NCBI RefSeq assembly: GCF_006345805.1
Contig: NC_042997.1
Span: 150,908,001 to 150,972,000, forward strand
From: Octopus sinensis
Taxonomy: Eukaryota
DNA length: 64,000 bases
Reading direction: 5' to 3'
The notes below the pieces were generated by a model. The model did not search any database and was not told the origin of the DNA. It saw only the letters and a program-made list of their open reading frames with translations. Below, in pieces: positions 1 through 12,720 of this stretch. Every line of letters starts with the position of its first letter. Position 1 is the stretch's first letter. The position numbers and the translations under genes are program-made.

Positions 1-1819
1 CAAAAGTGAGTGAAGGAGTGTCTCTTGCATGACAGCCATTCATAGTGAGAGAGAAATACTAAAAAAAATTGTTTAAAAGTGAATGCAGGTTTGAAACGAA
101 CTAAAACTCAGTCTTATTTTATTTCCATTTGGATAGGATACTATTTCGTTGTCCAAATGCATGGTTTAATGGGAAAGCATGACTTGATCGATTTGAATTT
201 GAGTAAATTTGATGGCAAATAAATTCTCAAAGCATCTCACATAAAATAGGAGTCCCTGCGGTCGGTCCGAGTTAATACGGTTTTATTCTTCGCTTTATAA
301 ATGTCTCTATAACCTGCACAATATTTGCTCAAAAACAAATTCTGCAGAACGAATAATGAATCAAACTACTTTGTTTCTCTCTTTTTTATTTATTCGTTCT
401 GAATAAGAGATCTCACTTAGTTGAAACATTCCTGTCCTCAGTTCTTGAAATTGAATGAAAACTTTCGAAAGATAGCATGAACAAAATTAACTTGCTAAAG
501 TAAAATAATGAAAATTTTTCTATATTCATCTTTTCTTTTTTTCTCATTTTGTGTGTGTGATTTGGCTCTTATATTTAATAAGAAATAAATTTAATTTCCT
601 AAATCTATAAGGTTTGAAGTAACAAAACTGCAAACAAAGCACATTTTATGATCTATCGAATTTCTAAGCAAATGAAAGAGTGGCCATAAATCTTAAATTA
701 CAGTTATTTAATTTTAGAGAGAAAAAAAAACTCTACCTGTATCACTTCTATCACACCTTAAGAAAGAAAATAAACGCACGCTAGGCTATTAAATTATACA
801 ATGATCTGAAAAGAAATGAACCAGCAAAAAATATTACGTTGATATTTCAGTTATATAAAGCAAACAAAATCTCTTTAAAATATTTAATATTTGTTTCACT
901 ATTTCCTTACGTTCAATGATCATTCCTCACAAGTAATAGAAGAAAGACGGGAAGGTGGTCCGGCATAACACATAACCACTTCAAACTAACATAGAAAGAT
1001 TTGCTATCACTGATATAAATGTGCTTAAAGTCAGTAAATAGAAAATGAGTAAATGTATCCGATACAAAAATATTTGACATCTTATTCATAATGTACTGAA
1101 TATTTAAAATCTAGTGTACCATCGAATAATAGATGTGAAGTACTTTAGCTAATGAGTTTCATAAGTATTTTAACGAAATAATTTCGTATTTAATTTGTCA
1201 ACCATATCAGTAAGACTAATTTTCCAGTTTGGAAATATTCTACGTCTAAATATTCATATTACTACGTTTATTATGCGAGATAAGTGAAATTTAAAATTAC
1301 TACTAAGGATTAAGACTTCATATCTGCTGGGCATATAAATGGAATTCAATTGCGTAAACACTCTTCATTTTGCCAAGAGCTTTAACACTTTATTACGAGT
1401 GATAGATTAAAAGTTGAAACTACGCTATGTAGAATACGTTTATTGATTATTCTATCTTTCTCTGTATGTGTCACACTCACACACACACTCTTTCTCTCTT
1501 ACCCACTTGCACACACAGACACGCACTCTCTCTATCTTTCTCTCTTACACACACATACACACACACACTCACAATCACATACTCTCTAGATATCTTTTAT
1601 CTTAGTCATTGGACTGCGACCATGTTGGGGCTGCCTACAGATATCAAATCGAAGAAATCGAGGCATTACTCATTTTAGAGGCCTGATACTTATTATACTG
1701 GTTTGTTTTGTGTCGAATCTTTAAGTTACGGAACTTATGTAAATCAAAATCGATAATTAGGCAGTAATAGGAAACAATCATAGACACAAAAAGACACATA
1801 CACACATAGATATACATAC

Positions 1820-1851
<32 letters not shown>

Positions 1852-1914
1852 GGGGGGAGAACGAGAGATGGAGAAAGAGAGAGAGAGAGAGAGGAACAAC
1901 GAGCTACTTTCAGC

Positions 1915-2090
1915 ATACAGCTACCAAATCGATTCACAAGACATGGGTCGCTGGACTGGGACCATGTTGGGGCGCCTTCAATCCTCAAGTCTATTATACT
2001 AGAAGTCACTAGCTGAATGTCTCAGGCCGTGGAACTAAATCTGAAGTCATGCGGTTGGTAAGTAAACTTCTTACAATGCAGTCATACCTA
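1915..2090 (-). mobile_element. Decayed tRNA-derived SINE
   Basis: Resembles the 2381-2516 copy (…cacaag…tatactagaagtcact…gcggttggtaagtaaac…). Confidence 0.5.
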
Positions 2091-2120
2091 CATGCATAAT
2101 TATATGAATATATTCTTTCA

Positions 2121-2330
2121 TTTCTTTCCGTCATTTGAGTGTGGCAATGCTGTAGCACCATATTCGAGATCTTTGCTCGAACCTCGGACTTACTTTTATA
2201 GCCTAGTTCTTACTCTATAAGTTTCTTTTGCCGAACGACTAAATTTTAGGGACGTGAACACACCAACAACGTTGTCGAGCGATGATGATGAGACAAAACA
2301 CAGAATAGACAAAAGCACACACACAGATAC
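2121..2330 (-). mobile_element. SINE-like repeat (family shared with 2755-2940 and 24445-24590)
   Basis: Shared blocks gcctagt.ctta.tctat…ttttgccgaac…ggacgt.aa.ac.acc…gttgtc.agc. Confidence 0.65.
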
Positions 2331-2380
2331 GCATACACACACACACACACATATATGTATACGAGTGGATTATTTCAGTT

Positions 2381-2516
2381 TCCTGCTAACTCACAAGGCT
2401 TTGTCAGTTCGAGACTATAGAAGAAAACACTTGCCCAAGATCCCAAACAGTAAGACTGAAACCGAAACCATGTGGTTGGGAGGCAAACCACTCACGACAC
2501 GGCCACGACTGCGCCT
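2381..2516 (-). mobile_element. tRNA-derived SINE
   Basis: Minus strand has A-box-like tggccgtgtcgtg and B-box-like ggtttcggtttcagtc, followed by cttgggcaagtg…ctatag. Confidence 0.65.
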
Positions 2517-2524
2517 GTATATAT

Positions 2525-2569
<45 letters not shown>

Positions 2570-2574
2570 CAAAT

Positions 2575-2720
2575 TTACAAAAATACAAAAGACGAAGACA
2601 GGTGTGTAAACAACAAACAGGTGTATTAGTTTAACAGTCGTGAAGGTGATGAAGTCTATTAAGTTTCGACCCTACGCTCTTCAACAGAAAGCAACACGAG
2701 AAAATAAACAGGATGTATGA
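2575..2720 (-). mobile_element. Penelope-like 3' terminal repeat fragment with variant hammerhead motif
   Basis: Reverse complement contains ctttctgttgaagagcgtagggtcgaaactt…ctaatacacctgtttgttgtttacacacctgtcttcgtcttttg, the same tail that follows the GIY-YIG ORFs at 34.7 and 44.6 kb. Confidence 0.7.
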
Positions 2721-2754
2721 AAAAATGGTTTAGTGGATAACGGTGGACCATGGC

Positions 2755-2940
2755 ATAATCATCATGACTGCAACCATGCTGGAGCATCAGAGCACCGCCT
2801 TCAGTCGAATAGATCGACCCCAAGACTTATTCTTTGTAAGCCCAGTACTTATTCTTACTTCCCTTTTGCCGAACCACTAAGTTACTGGGACGTAAATATA
2901 CCAATATCCGTTGTCAAGCAATAGTGGAGGTTGCACACAC
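2755..2940 (-). mobile_element. SINE-like repeat
   Basis: gactgcaaccatgctggagc…accgccttcagtcgaatagatcgaccccaagacttattc…ttttgccgaaccactaagttac; reverse complement of the 24445 copy. Confidence 0.75.
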
Positions 2941-3658
2941 AACTGCAATCAGAAAACCACTACTTTGAAAAACAGACGTTGCAAAGCGTTTAGAGTGGAG
3001 TGAAAACCTACAGAATTGGTCCCTAGAGCATTTTAGGAATGTTATTTTCTCGGACGAGTCATCCTTTAGCTTATTTCCGACCACCGACCGAGTATAAGTG
3101 TGTATACAGTCAAAAGAAGCAGTTGACCTAGACTACCTCTTCCATCTGTTGAAGATGGCGGAGAATCTGTGATGATCTGGGGCATTATATCTTGGAATCC
3201 ACCGACCCAATGGTTTCTCTTCATGGCAGAATTCATAGTCAAGACTATTTTAGCATTTTATCTGGTCGAATTCATGCTATGGTTGCGGAACTGTTTCCGG
3301 AGGGAAACGCAATCTTTCAGGAAGGTAATGCACCAATTCACACAGTTGAAGATGTTACTGAATGGCACGAGGAACATTCTAGTGAAGTTGAACATCTTAT
3401 CTGGCCACCATAATCCTCAGATCTCAATATTATTGAACATTTAGTAAGGAGTCGATATCCTCCACCATCATCACTACAAGAACTGGAGACTGATTTAGCT
3501 GAAGTAGGGACAGAAATTCTTTTAGAAAAAATTCAAACTTTGTACGAGTCCGTATGTCGTAGAATTCAAGCCGTCATTACTGCAGAAGTCGGTCCTACTT
3601 TATCGTAAAGTATATGTTTGAAATTTTAAGGTGTTTCCGTTATTTTCTCCAACCCCTG

Positions 3659-3660
<2 letters not shown>
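2941..3660 (+). mobile_element. Tc1-like transposon, 3' half (decayed transposase)
   Basis: Translates to …VIFSDES…VMIWGII…IFQEGNAPIHT…LIWPP*SSDLNIIEHL. Terminal ggtgtttccgttattttctccaacccctg|ta. Close relative of 12030-12600. Confidence 0.9.
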
Positions 3661-3709
<49 letters not shown>

Positions 3710-3944
3710 TAATAAATATTATTTGAGACAAAACCACTATTTTGCAAACAAACAAGAAGACTTAATCCATACATAAAATTTAATAAATATTTATTAAATT
3801 TAATATTGATTAAGTCTTTCCTTGTTTGTTTTGCAAAATAGTGGTTTGTCTAAATAATATTTATTATAGTTTACTATAAATTGGATTTAATCCTAAATCT
3901 ATTTTTTTTTCCCTGTAAATTTGGATATATTCCCTAATATGTAA

Positions 3945-4047
<103 letters not shown>

Positions 4048-4283
4048 ATGTATATATATAATATAATATATATATGTATATATATATAATATATATATGT
4101 ATATTATATATATATTATATATATATAATATATGTATATATATGTAATATATATATATATATAATATATATATATATGTAATATATATATATATATATAT
4201 ATATATCTATATATATATATATATAATATAATATTATATATATGTATATATATATATATATATATCATATATATATATATATG

Positions 4284-4322
<39 letters not shown>

Positions 4323-4352
4323 ATATGTATATATTATATATATATGTGTGTA

Positions 4353-4783
4353 TACTTTGATACTTTGATACTTTGATAGGTTTCGGCCATTATTGGCCCA
4401 GGCCATGTCTAACTTAATAGCACCACCTGGTGAAGTCTTTCAAGTCAGAATTTGGGCACTATGGCCTACTCAAGTAGAGAGTTATTGTTTACAGAGACAT
4501 ATCTGGGTGTAGGGGGTTTATCCGGGATTTCTTGAAGGAATCTGTTCAAAGACTTCTTGAACCCTATAGGGTCAGTTTCTGTTTTAATGTGTTTTGGTGT
4601 AATGTTAAAGAGAGTGGGGCCAATTGAGGTGAAATAATTGTGCCGTATTGTTGTTATGAGATGAGAGTGCGATTTTTGTTTTGGGCGGATGGCACGGGGC
4701 CCAAGCCTTGGATGTACCTTAAGGTGATGCCAACATGATTTGGGCAATGCTGATGGAATATTTTCCACATCATGCAGATGATG
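4353..4783 (-). mobile_element. CR1-like LINE 3' end
   Basis: SIGPTLFNITPKHIK…FKKSLNRFLQEIPDKP…NNSL matches the CR1 ORF2 C-terminus; 3' tail is an (atcaaagt) repeat. Confidence 0.8.
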
Positions 4784-4807
4784 TATATACATATATATGT
4801 ATATATA

Positions 4808-4863
<56 letters not shown>

Positions 4864-4899
4864 ATATATATATGTATATATATTATATATATATATGTA

Positions 4900-4963
<64 letters not shown>

Positions 4964-5202
4964 ATGTATATTATATATGTGTATATATATATATGTATAT
5001 ATATTATATATAATATATATATTATATATATATAATATATGTATATATATATATATATGTATAATATATATGTATATACATATATATATGTATATACATA
5101 TATATATATATGTATATATATATGTATATATATATATTATATATATACATATATAATATATACATATATAATATATATATATAATATATATATATATATA
5201 TC

Positions 5203-5251
<49 letters not shown>

Positions 5252-5257
5252 TATATA

Positions 5258-5849
5258 GAGGGCATTATTATACATACATGCCACACGCTACGAGGGACAA
5301 TTAGTCATTTCTACCAAAAATTTTACTTATCATACCCAATGCAATTTTTTCAAAGCAAGACATTTAAAAAATGAATTTAATCTTGTATCACCTGTGATTT
5401 CGTACTTACCGCCATTAGCGACCGTACTCGTCAGCAAGATTGATTCTGAACATATCATAAATAAACGACCAGTCTCGTCAAAATCGAACTGCTAACTGTT
5501 CGATCCCAACGAAGCACATGGAGAAGTTTACATATAATACATCCGGTAAATGGCAGGCTTCTTCGAATTGCATTTCGGGTCGGGAGGGGGTTTTCCTACC
5601 CGAAATGCAAATCGAAGAAGCCTGCCATTTACCGGATGTATTATATGTATTATAATGTATTATATGTATTATATGTATTATATGTATTATAATGGCGGTA
5701 AGTACGAAATCACAGGTGATACAAGATTAAATTCATTTTTTAAATGTCTTGCTTTGAAAAAATTGCATTGGGTATGATAAGTAAAATTTTTGGTAGAAAT
5801 GACTAATTGTCCCTCGTAGCGTGTGGCATGTATGTATAATAATGCCCTC
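5258..5849. mobile_element. 592-bp fold-back element with perfect 160-bp inverted arms and a nested hairpin
   Basis: 5258-5417 is the exact reverse complement of 5690-5849 by eye. Flanked by (TA)n. Inner 52-bp arms at 5529-5580 and 5598-5649. Confidence 0.9.
5379..5441 (-). ncRNA. Type I hammerhead ribozyme (complete core)
   Basis: AAUCUUG-CUGACGA-GUAC[ggucgcuaauggcgguaa]GUAC-GAAA-UCA[CAGG]UGA-UA-CAAGAUU: stems I, II and III all pair. Predicted cleavage after AUA, between 5386 and 5385. Confidence 0.85.
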
Positions 5850-5978
5850 TATATATAAATTAATATGTTCAATAAGAAAGAATTATTTTCGAAATTTTTT
5901 CTCTTATGAGGTTTTTCACGCTATCTACCTGATAATTTCTTGTTAAGATTCCTTATTAAGAAGTTGTCCTTAATTGTT

Positions 5979-6029
<51 letters not shown>

Positions 6030-6056
6030 TATATTATATATATATATATATTATAT

Positions 6057-6091
<35 letters not shown>

Positions 6092-6094
<3 letters not shown>

Positions 6095-8403
6095 GGATAC
6101 CACGTAGTACAAGTTTAATTTTTCCATGACCGAACTCGCCTTATGGTCTACTCGTTTTCGAAATCAATCTTCGCCATTGAAATTAATGAAAATACATTTA
6201 ATCCGTTCGAACCCACTAAAACCACCAAGAAATCATTTTATTGGTTTTAAAACGGAAAATGTGCCGTCACAGGGGAAATGACAATAATAAAATTATAATG
6301 TAAGAGAGTGCAAAATAAATATGGAAACTGGTTTTATTAATTTAATTACTTTAAAGATGGGACGATTTGTGCACGAGGAAGGTGATGGGGCGGAGCGGTG
6401 CCGGATTATTATCTAGAAGGTGATTCTTCTTCCTCTGAGACTTCAGGAAGAACAATTTCTGACGTTTTCTCTCTCACTTCGCTAAATTTAAGGTTTTTCA
6501 GTACAGTCTCTTCACTTTTCAAAATTGCAGGCCATTTCCTTAGAAACAAGAGAAGTCTGCTTTGTCCTGCCTTTCAAAATGTTACGAAAATGCTCCAGAG
6601 TTGTGTCATTAAATAAAGCAGTTGCACGACTTGTAGAATCTTTTTCAGGATGATATTTTTCAATGAATTCAGAAATATACTTTCACTTTGCCAAAACAGC
6701 CTTCTCCGCTATGCTGTCCTTCTTCAGGTGCCAATCTCTTCCACAGAATCCGTCGTCAGCTCCTCTCAGTAATCCTGGACGAGATCGTCAATGTACCCCA
6801 TCGTGAACCTCAAGGCACATAGACTTGCCAAGATACACTATCTACGCCTGTACAGGTGTCTCAGACTGAAACCCCTCGAAGTCTCTTTTAGATACACAGT
6901 CAGACAGTTTCCACCATGCAAAATTCAGCGTTCTTCTCGTTACACCCTGCCAGGTTACATCGATGACTTTCAGGCAGTGAACCAACTTGTAGTGCTCCTT
7001 CCAAATCTCACGAAGGGTTATATTTCTATTTTCGGTAACAAAGCAACAACGAAACAGGCGTTTTGTACACAAAAATTAGAAATCACTTGTTGGTCTACGG
7101 ACTGCAAGATACGGTGGTGTTGCGTGAAAGGTACAAAATTTAATGAATTTTAATTCGTCCTGCATATCAACTTCAAGGTTAGAAGGGTAATCAGGAGCAT
7201 TATTGAAAGATGAGGAGGGTCTTGAAAGGAAACTAATACTCCAGAAGGTACTTTTTCACTGCTGTTTCGAAGACAAGGTTGACCCAGTTGATGAAGTATT
7301 AACTGATGACCTAGGATTTGAAGTTTGCCTTACACATGACCTGCAGCTTCTCTAGGATTTTGTGCGACTTCAATGCTCGTGGGGTTTCGTAATGATAGAC
7401 AAAGAGCGGTTTAATCTTCAAGTCTGCATTCACATTGGCACGACGGATGAAAGTTCGCCTATCGTTCATAGGCTTGTGCCCTGGCATTTTCGTCTCCTCT
7501 GCAGTTACGGAGGTTCTTCTGGGCATTTTCCACCGAAATATGCCAGTTTCATCACACTTGAATACCTGTTGTGCGATGTATCTCTTGGCTGCGACGAGCT
7601 GACGGACTTCACGCACGAAATCCTCAGCTGACTCCTATAAGAACTCGCAGTTTCTCTATACGTGACGGCACTATGAACACCAGTCCTCTTCTTGAAATTA
7701 TCGAACCAGCTGCGACTGGCCTTAAATGCCTTTGCTGATGAATCTCCTTCCATATTACAGAGTTCTGCTTCAGGGTTCTGCTGACAGCGCTCTTGCTTTC
7801 CAGCAGATTATGGCATCTGTAATCGTACCCTCTGCGACTTGCCTCTCGCTGATCCGCAGGAGAAACAACTTTTCAATTGCTTTGTGGACAGATGCCCGTT
7901 GCTTGGAGAGCCTGGAAACATCCTTTTCTGTTGTAACGGCCTAGATCTCGTCCTTTTTCTTCGGGATATTGCATATGCTCCGGTCGTACTGACGTGCTAT
8001 GTCCACTACACGAACTTCTGTCACATGTTTATTGATAATTTCCTCTTTCAATTCTATAGTAATCAGCTTTTTCTTCTTTTAGCACTGTTCTTTGCACGAA
8101 CCTTCTGAGGGCTCATGGTTAACACAACTAATAATTATAGAATAATAGCAAAAAACGCACAAAACACTCGAAAAAATACAACAGGTATGCTGGCATAACG
8201 AGGTGAGCTTGTGAACTGAGCGAGTTGAGGCTGCGCTTTTTAGGAGAGCATGTGCGAGCTCAGCGCTAACTAGCGGTCACTTGTATAAAACTCGCTCGTA
8301 CTGCGGATTTACACTCGTACTTCAAGGCAATATCTCGCACGAGGTTCGGGTCGTTCAGCAAATTGTTCGTAGAATGGTGCACTTGTAATGCGAATTCCTA
8401 CTG
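6092..8403 (-). mobile_element. Tigger/pogo transposon, near full length, decayed
   Basis: Degenerate TIRs (cagtaggaattcgcattacaag at 8403; ggataccacgtagtacaag at about 6094), TA flank, about 2.3 kb. Confidence 0.85.
6409..8116 (-). pseudogene. Tigger transposase pseudogene (HTH + CENP-B-type HTH + DDE)
   Basis: MSPQKV…ITIELKEEII…; FKASRSWFDNFKKR; QQVFKCDETGIF…MPRRT…PGHKPMNDR…KIKPLFVYH; frameshifts and stops. Confidence 0.9.
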
Positions 8404-8473
8404 TATATATATACATATATATATATATATCTATATATATATATTCCTACTGTATATATATATATATATATAT

Positions 8474-8681
8474 ACAGGTGGTGTACAAAACAAACAGATG
8501 TATTAGTATAACCCTCAAGAATAGAGAAGTCGTTTACGTTTTCAGCCTACGCTCTTCTACAGAAAGGGGCACAGAAAAAAACAAGGAGAGAAACATGGAG
8601 AGAAAAAAGGAGAGAAAAAAAGGACATACATATTAATATATATATATATATAGATAGATAGATAGATACATATACATAAAC

Positions 8682-8770
<89 letters not shown>

Positions 8771-8779
8771 TATAATATA

Positions 8780-8839
<60 letters not shown>

Positions 8840-9136
8840 TGTTTATGTATATGTATCTATCTATCCATATATATATATATATATTATATGTTTATGTATA
8901 TGTATCTATCTATCCATATATATATATATATATATATTATAATATGTATGTCCTTTTTTCTCTCTCCTTTTTTCTCTCCATGTTTCTCTCCTTGTTTTTT
9001 TCTGTGCCCCTTTCTGTAGAAGAGCGTAGGCTGAAAACGTAAACGACTTTTCTATTCTTGAGGGTTATACTAATACATCTGTTTGTTTTGTACACCACCT
9101 GTCTTCGTCTTTTGTTTTTTACGTAAACTCTCCCTA
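8474..9136. repeat. Inverted duplication of a Penelope-type tail around a TA/GATA microsatellite core
   Basis: 8474-~8700 is the near-exact reverse complement of ~8830-9102. Both arms share the private variant ctgtagaagagcgtaggctgaaaacg. Confidence 0.85.
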
Positions 9137-10479
9137 TATATATATATACGCATAAAGGAGTGTGTGATTGTGTGTAGAAATATAGAAATTCTAATTTTGA
9201 TTTTCACGTGTTATTTACAATCTTCTTAAATTTTATTCTGATTGAACTAGTGCTTTGATGCATTAAAATATGCAATCTTCTGGATTACATAGTAGTGGTA
9301 ACAGTTATGTTTTATAATTTACAACTGTTGTGCGTTGTAAATTGTACTATTTGTTGACTGAAAAAATAGTCTGATATTGGTGTATCTAAGCCCTTGGCGG
9401 AATATAAGAGATTTGGGTTTGTGTCCCATGCGTACGAAAGATCTACTTTTATATGTTGAGGGTGTATATGCCCCAATATTAAACTATTAAACTATTTTCC
9501 TTAGTCAATACGCGGTCATCGCTTACAAGCTTTCAGCTTATGAAATATTAATATTTACAGAATTGTCACCTGTCACCGTTTCTCAATTCATCGCAGAAAA
9601 CGCAGTTTCTTGTCTGAGAAAAATATTTTATATTGCATGCCGCAGATTTGAGAAATGAGAGATATCGTTATAAGTTTGCTTGACACCGACAAACTATATC
9701 GCAAGTGTAAATGAAAAGAATATCTGTTTGACATCAATATGTAACAAGTATCTGCAATATCTTTAGTAGAAATGGTGCCATAAGACACATTAAAACTCAC
9801 ACATTAAAACGTTCACTTGTGCACAAAAGTGAAATGTTAGTTTTAAATATAGAACAGAAATACTGTCGTGAGTCACTACAGTGACATGAAATTGATTGCG
9901 AACGTACATAAAGGTTAAGAAAAACAGATGGCAATTATTACTTTTCTCTCTATCAATGATAGATTCAAGGCATGATGAAATGATAAAATGAAATAGGAGA
10001 TAAAAGCAAATAACAATGTTTAAGACCAAAAGAAATTGTGTCGAATTTGGAAAGCATAGAGATTGGGTTTTACTGTAAAATGCCAACTACTATGCTACTA
10101 GTAACACGATACAGGCCTTTAGTATTTCCTTGACAAAAAAGACGTGTTAGAGCCAATTATGTTTGGGTGACCTTTATTCTAATTATGTTTTATAACAATA
10201 GATATTCCTTTAAACCGCTATGTCCATAAATCAATATCATGCTATCACACTTTGACTCTAGCTAGCAAATCTTATTCTATATCTACCTATATATATATCA
10301 ACATTTTCCTCTCATTGCTTATAGCTAAAAAATTTTACACACACAGACAAATACATACATTCATTTATATATATGCGCGCGCGTGCGTGTGTGCGTGTGT
10401 GTATGTGTGTAATTGGGTGAGTGAATGGGTGGTTGTGTGGTCGTATGAGTGTGTCAGTATGTGTGTACCCATATTGAAG

Positions 10480-10650
10480 GAGTGGACCGGGTAAAATGAT
10501 CAGCTATACCCGATTAATGAATATCTCCGCGTATCACTGCTCTGCGATGTCCGTCTACGCTTATTTTGAGTGGGTAGCATGTTTCGCCTTTGTATAACCC
10601 ACCAAAGCTGTATGGGATGGAGTAAACGCAGTCTTTGGTCATATTCTCTT
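10480..10650 (-). mobile_element. Penelope-like GIY-YIG endonuclease fragment
   Basis: TKDCVYSIPYSFGGLYKGETCYPLKISVDGHRRAV resembles the VYxIPCxCGxxYxGET…R..EH motif. Confidence 0.7.
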
Positions 10651-10700
10651 CTATTTACATATATATATATGTGTGTGTGGTGTGTGTGTGTGGTATGTGT

Positions 10701-10741
<41 letters not shown>

Positions 10742-10743
<2 letters not shown>

Positions 10744-10865
10744 TACAACTCGACAGAAGGTCCTGATAAGTTCCCGGCTACAGTCCTAAAGATGTGTCAA
10801 CATCAAATTGCACCCCCTTTAGCTGAGCTCTGGAAAAACTCACTTGATGCAGGCTACATTCTTGT
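10742..10865 (+). mobile_element. CR1-like RT N-terminal fragment
   Basis: EGPDKFPATVLKMCQHQIAPPLAELWKNSLDAGYI (GPD motif region). Confidence 0.75.
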
Positions 10866-10869
10866 AAAC

Positions 10870-11395
10870 AATATACATAATTCCACATGTCTTAAATATA
10901 GAAATGTTGGGTTCTGTTCGTCAGGAAATACTCTATTCACTGCAGCAGGTTTCCACGGATTCCGATATTCGACAGTTTCTACAGCAGGATTTTGTGATCC
11001 ACTTTGTCAAATGCCTTGCTGAAATCAAGACATATCGCGCCCGCCTTCAGCGCTCTTTATATGTTATGAAAATGGTGCAGAAGCTGCTACTGGCATTCCC
11101 TGCCATCACGGAAACCAGGCTGGTTGGGGTTCAGCGGACTGTTGTCTTCGAGGAAGTGAGTTATTCAGTTATTTAATGATATGAGAAGTGAGGGAAATCG
11201 AACCGTGCTTCACTGCAAGAGATTTGTTTCGGTTTTTGTAAACGGGTAAGACAAACTGGGAAACAAAATGATCAGGAATGTAGCCAGCATCATGTGAGTT
11301 TCTGCAGAACTCAGCTAGACGGGGTGCAGTTTCATGTTGACATATCTTCATGACAGTGGCCGGGAACTTATTGGTACATTCTGCAAAGTTGTACA
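10870..11395 (-). mobile_element. CR1-like RT fragment
   Basis: [16 protein letters not shown]…ISLTSHIIK…NQPGFR…ICLDFSKAFDKVDH…KLSNIGIRG across frameshifts. Confidence 0.85.
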
Positions 11396-11460
11396 TATAT
11401 ACATACATACAAATACGTACAAACATACATACATATACATATATACATACATATACATAC

Positions 11461-11518
<58 letters not shown>

Positions 11519-11522
<4 letters not shown>

Positions 11523-12602
11523 GGGTTGCAAAACATTAGGAAAACCTAGCTTCATAGCATCATAATTTTGAAATATCTATGAAATCATCAAAGCTTGTTT
11601 TTATGTTTCTTTTTAATTTATTATTAGTGTTGCTTAAGATGTGTTGCTAAAATTACTGTTACCATCAGAAAAGGGTAATGAAAATTCATAAAAATGTTAG
11701 ATCTATCGGACTTTCAAAGAGGTCAAATTGTTGGTGCTCGTATGACAGGCGCTAGCGTAAAGAAAACAGCGAAATATTTGGTCTATTAAGTAGAACTGTC
11801 TCGAAAGTAATGACAGCCTTTAAGAAAGAGGGAGAAACCTTGTCGTCGAAAGAAAACTCCGGAAGAAAACCAAAACTTTCAGAATGGAACTGTCGGACTC
11901 TTTCGGGAATTGTTGGAAAGAAACACAAAAGTACACAATATTATTGCAGAGCATAATGACCACATTGTGAACACGGTTTCCACCAACACTTTTTGTCGGG
12001 TGCTCCAGAAACCGGATTCCATGGGAGGGCTGCAATCAGAAAACAACTATTTGAAAAACAAACGTTGCAAAGCATTTAGAGTGGAGTAAAAACCTACAGA
12101 ATTGGTCCGTGGAGGAGTTGAAGAATGTTATTTTCTTAGACGAATTTTTCTTTAGCTTATTTTCGACGACCAGCCGAGTATAACCGTTAAGACAGCCAAA
12201 AGAAGCATTTAATCCAGACTGCCTTTTCCAGCTGTTAAAGATGGAGGCAGAATTAATATTCAACACTATTTCAGCATTTTATCTGATCAAATTCATCCGA
12301 TGGTTGCGTAACTGTTTTCGGAGGGAAACGCAATCTTTCAGGATGACAATGCACCAATTCACACAGCTAAAGTTCTTACTGAAAGACACGAGGAACATTC
12401 TCGTGAAGTTGAACATCCTATCTGGCCACCACAGTCACCAGATCTGAATATGATTGCACATCTATGGAAATAATTCAAATGCTGTGCGAGTCCATACCTC
12501 GTAGAATTCAAGCTGTAATTACTGCCAAAGGAACTCCTACTCCATGTCAAAATAAATTCGTTTAAAATGTTAAGGTGTTTCCATTATTTTGTCCAACGTC
12601 TA
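11519..12602 (+). mobile_element. Tc1-like transposon with internal deletions
   Basis: Degenerate TIRs cagggggttg-like and …ggtgtttccattattttgtccaac. ATG at 11694 gives MLDLSDFQRGQIVGARMTGASV…; also IFQDDNAPIH and WPPQSPDLNMI. Confidence 0.9.
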
Positions 12603-12684
12603 GATATACATGGATGCATACATAAATATATACATACATACATACATACATACATACATACATACATAACATTATACGTATATA

Positions 12685-12720
<36 letters not shown>

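Noticed and set aside
5258-5849. Classical DNA-transposon MITE interpretation
   Set aside because: Demoted rather than excluded: one arm runs into a complete hammerhead and the other breaks inside it, and a TA TSD cannot be distinguished from the surrounding (TA)n.
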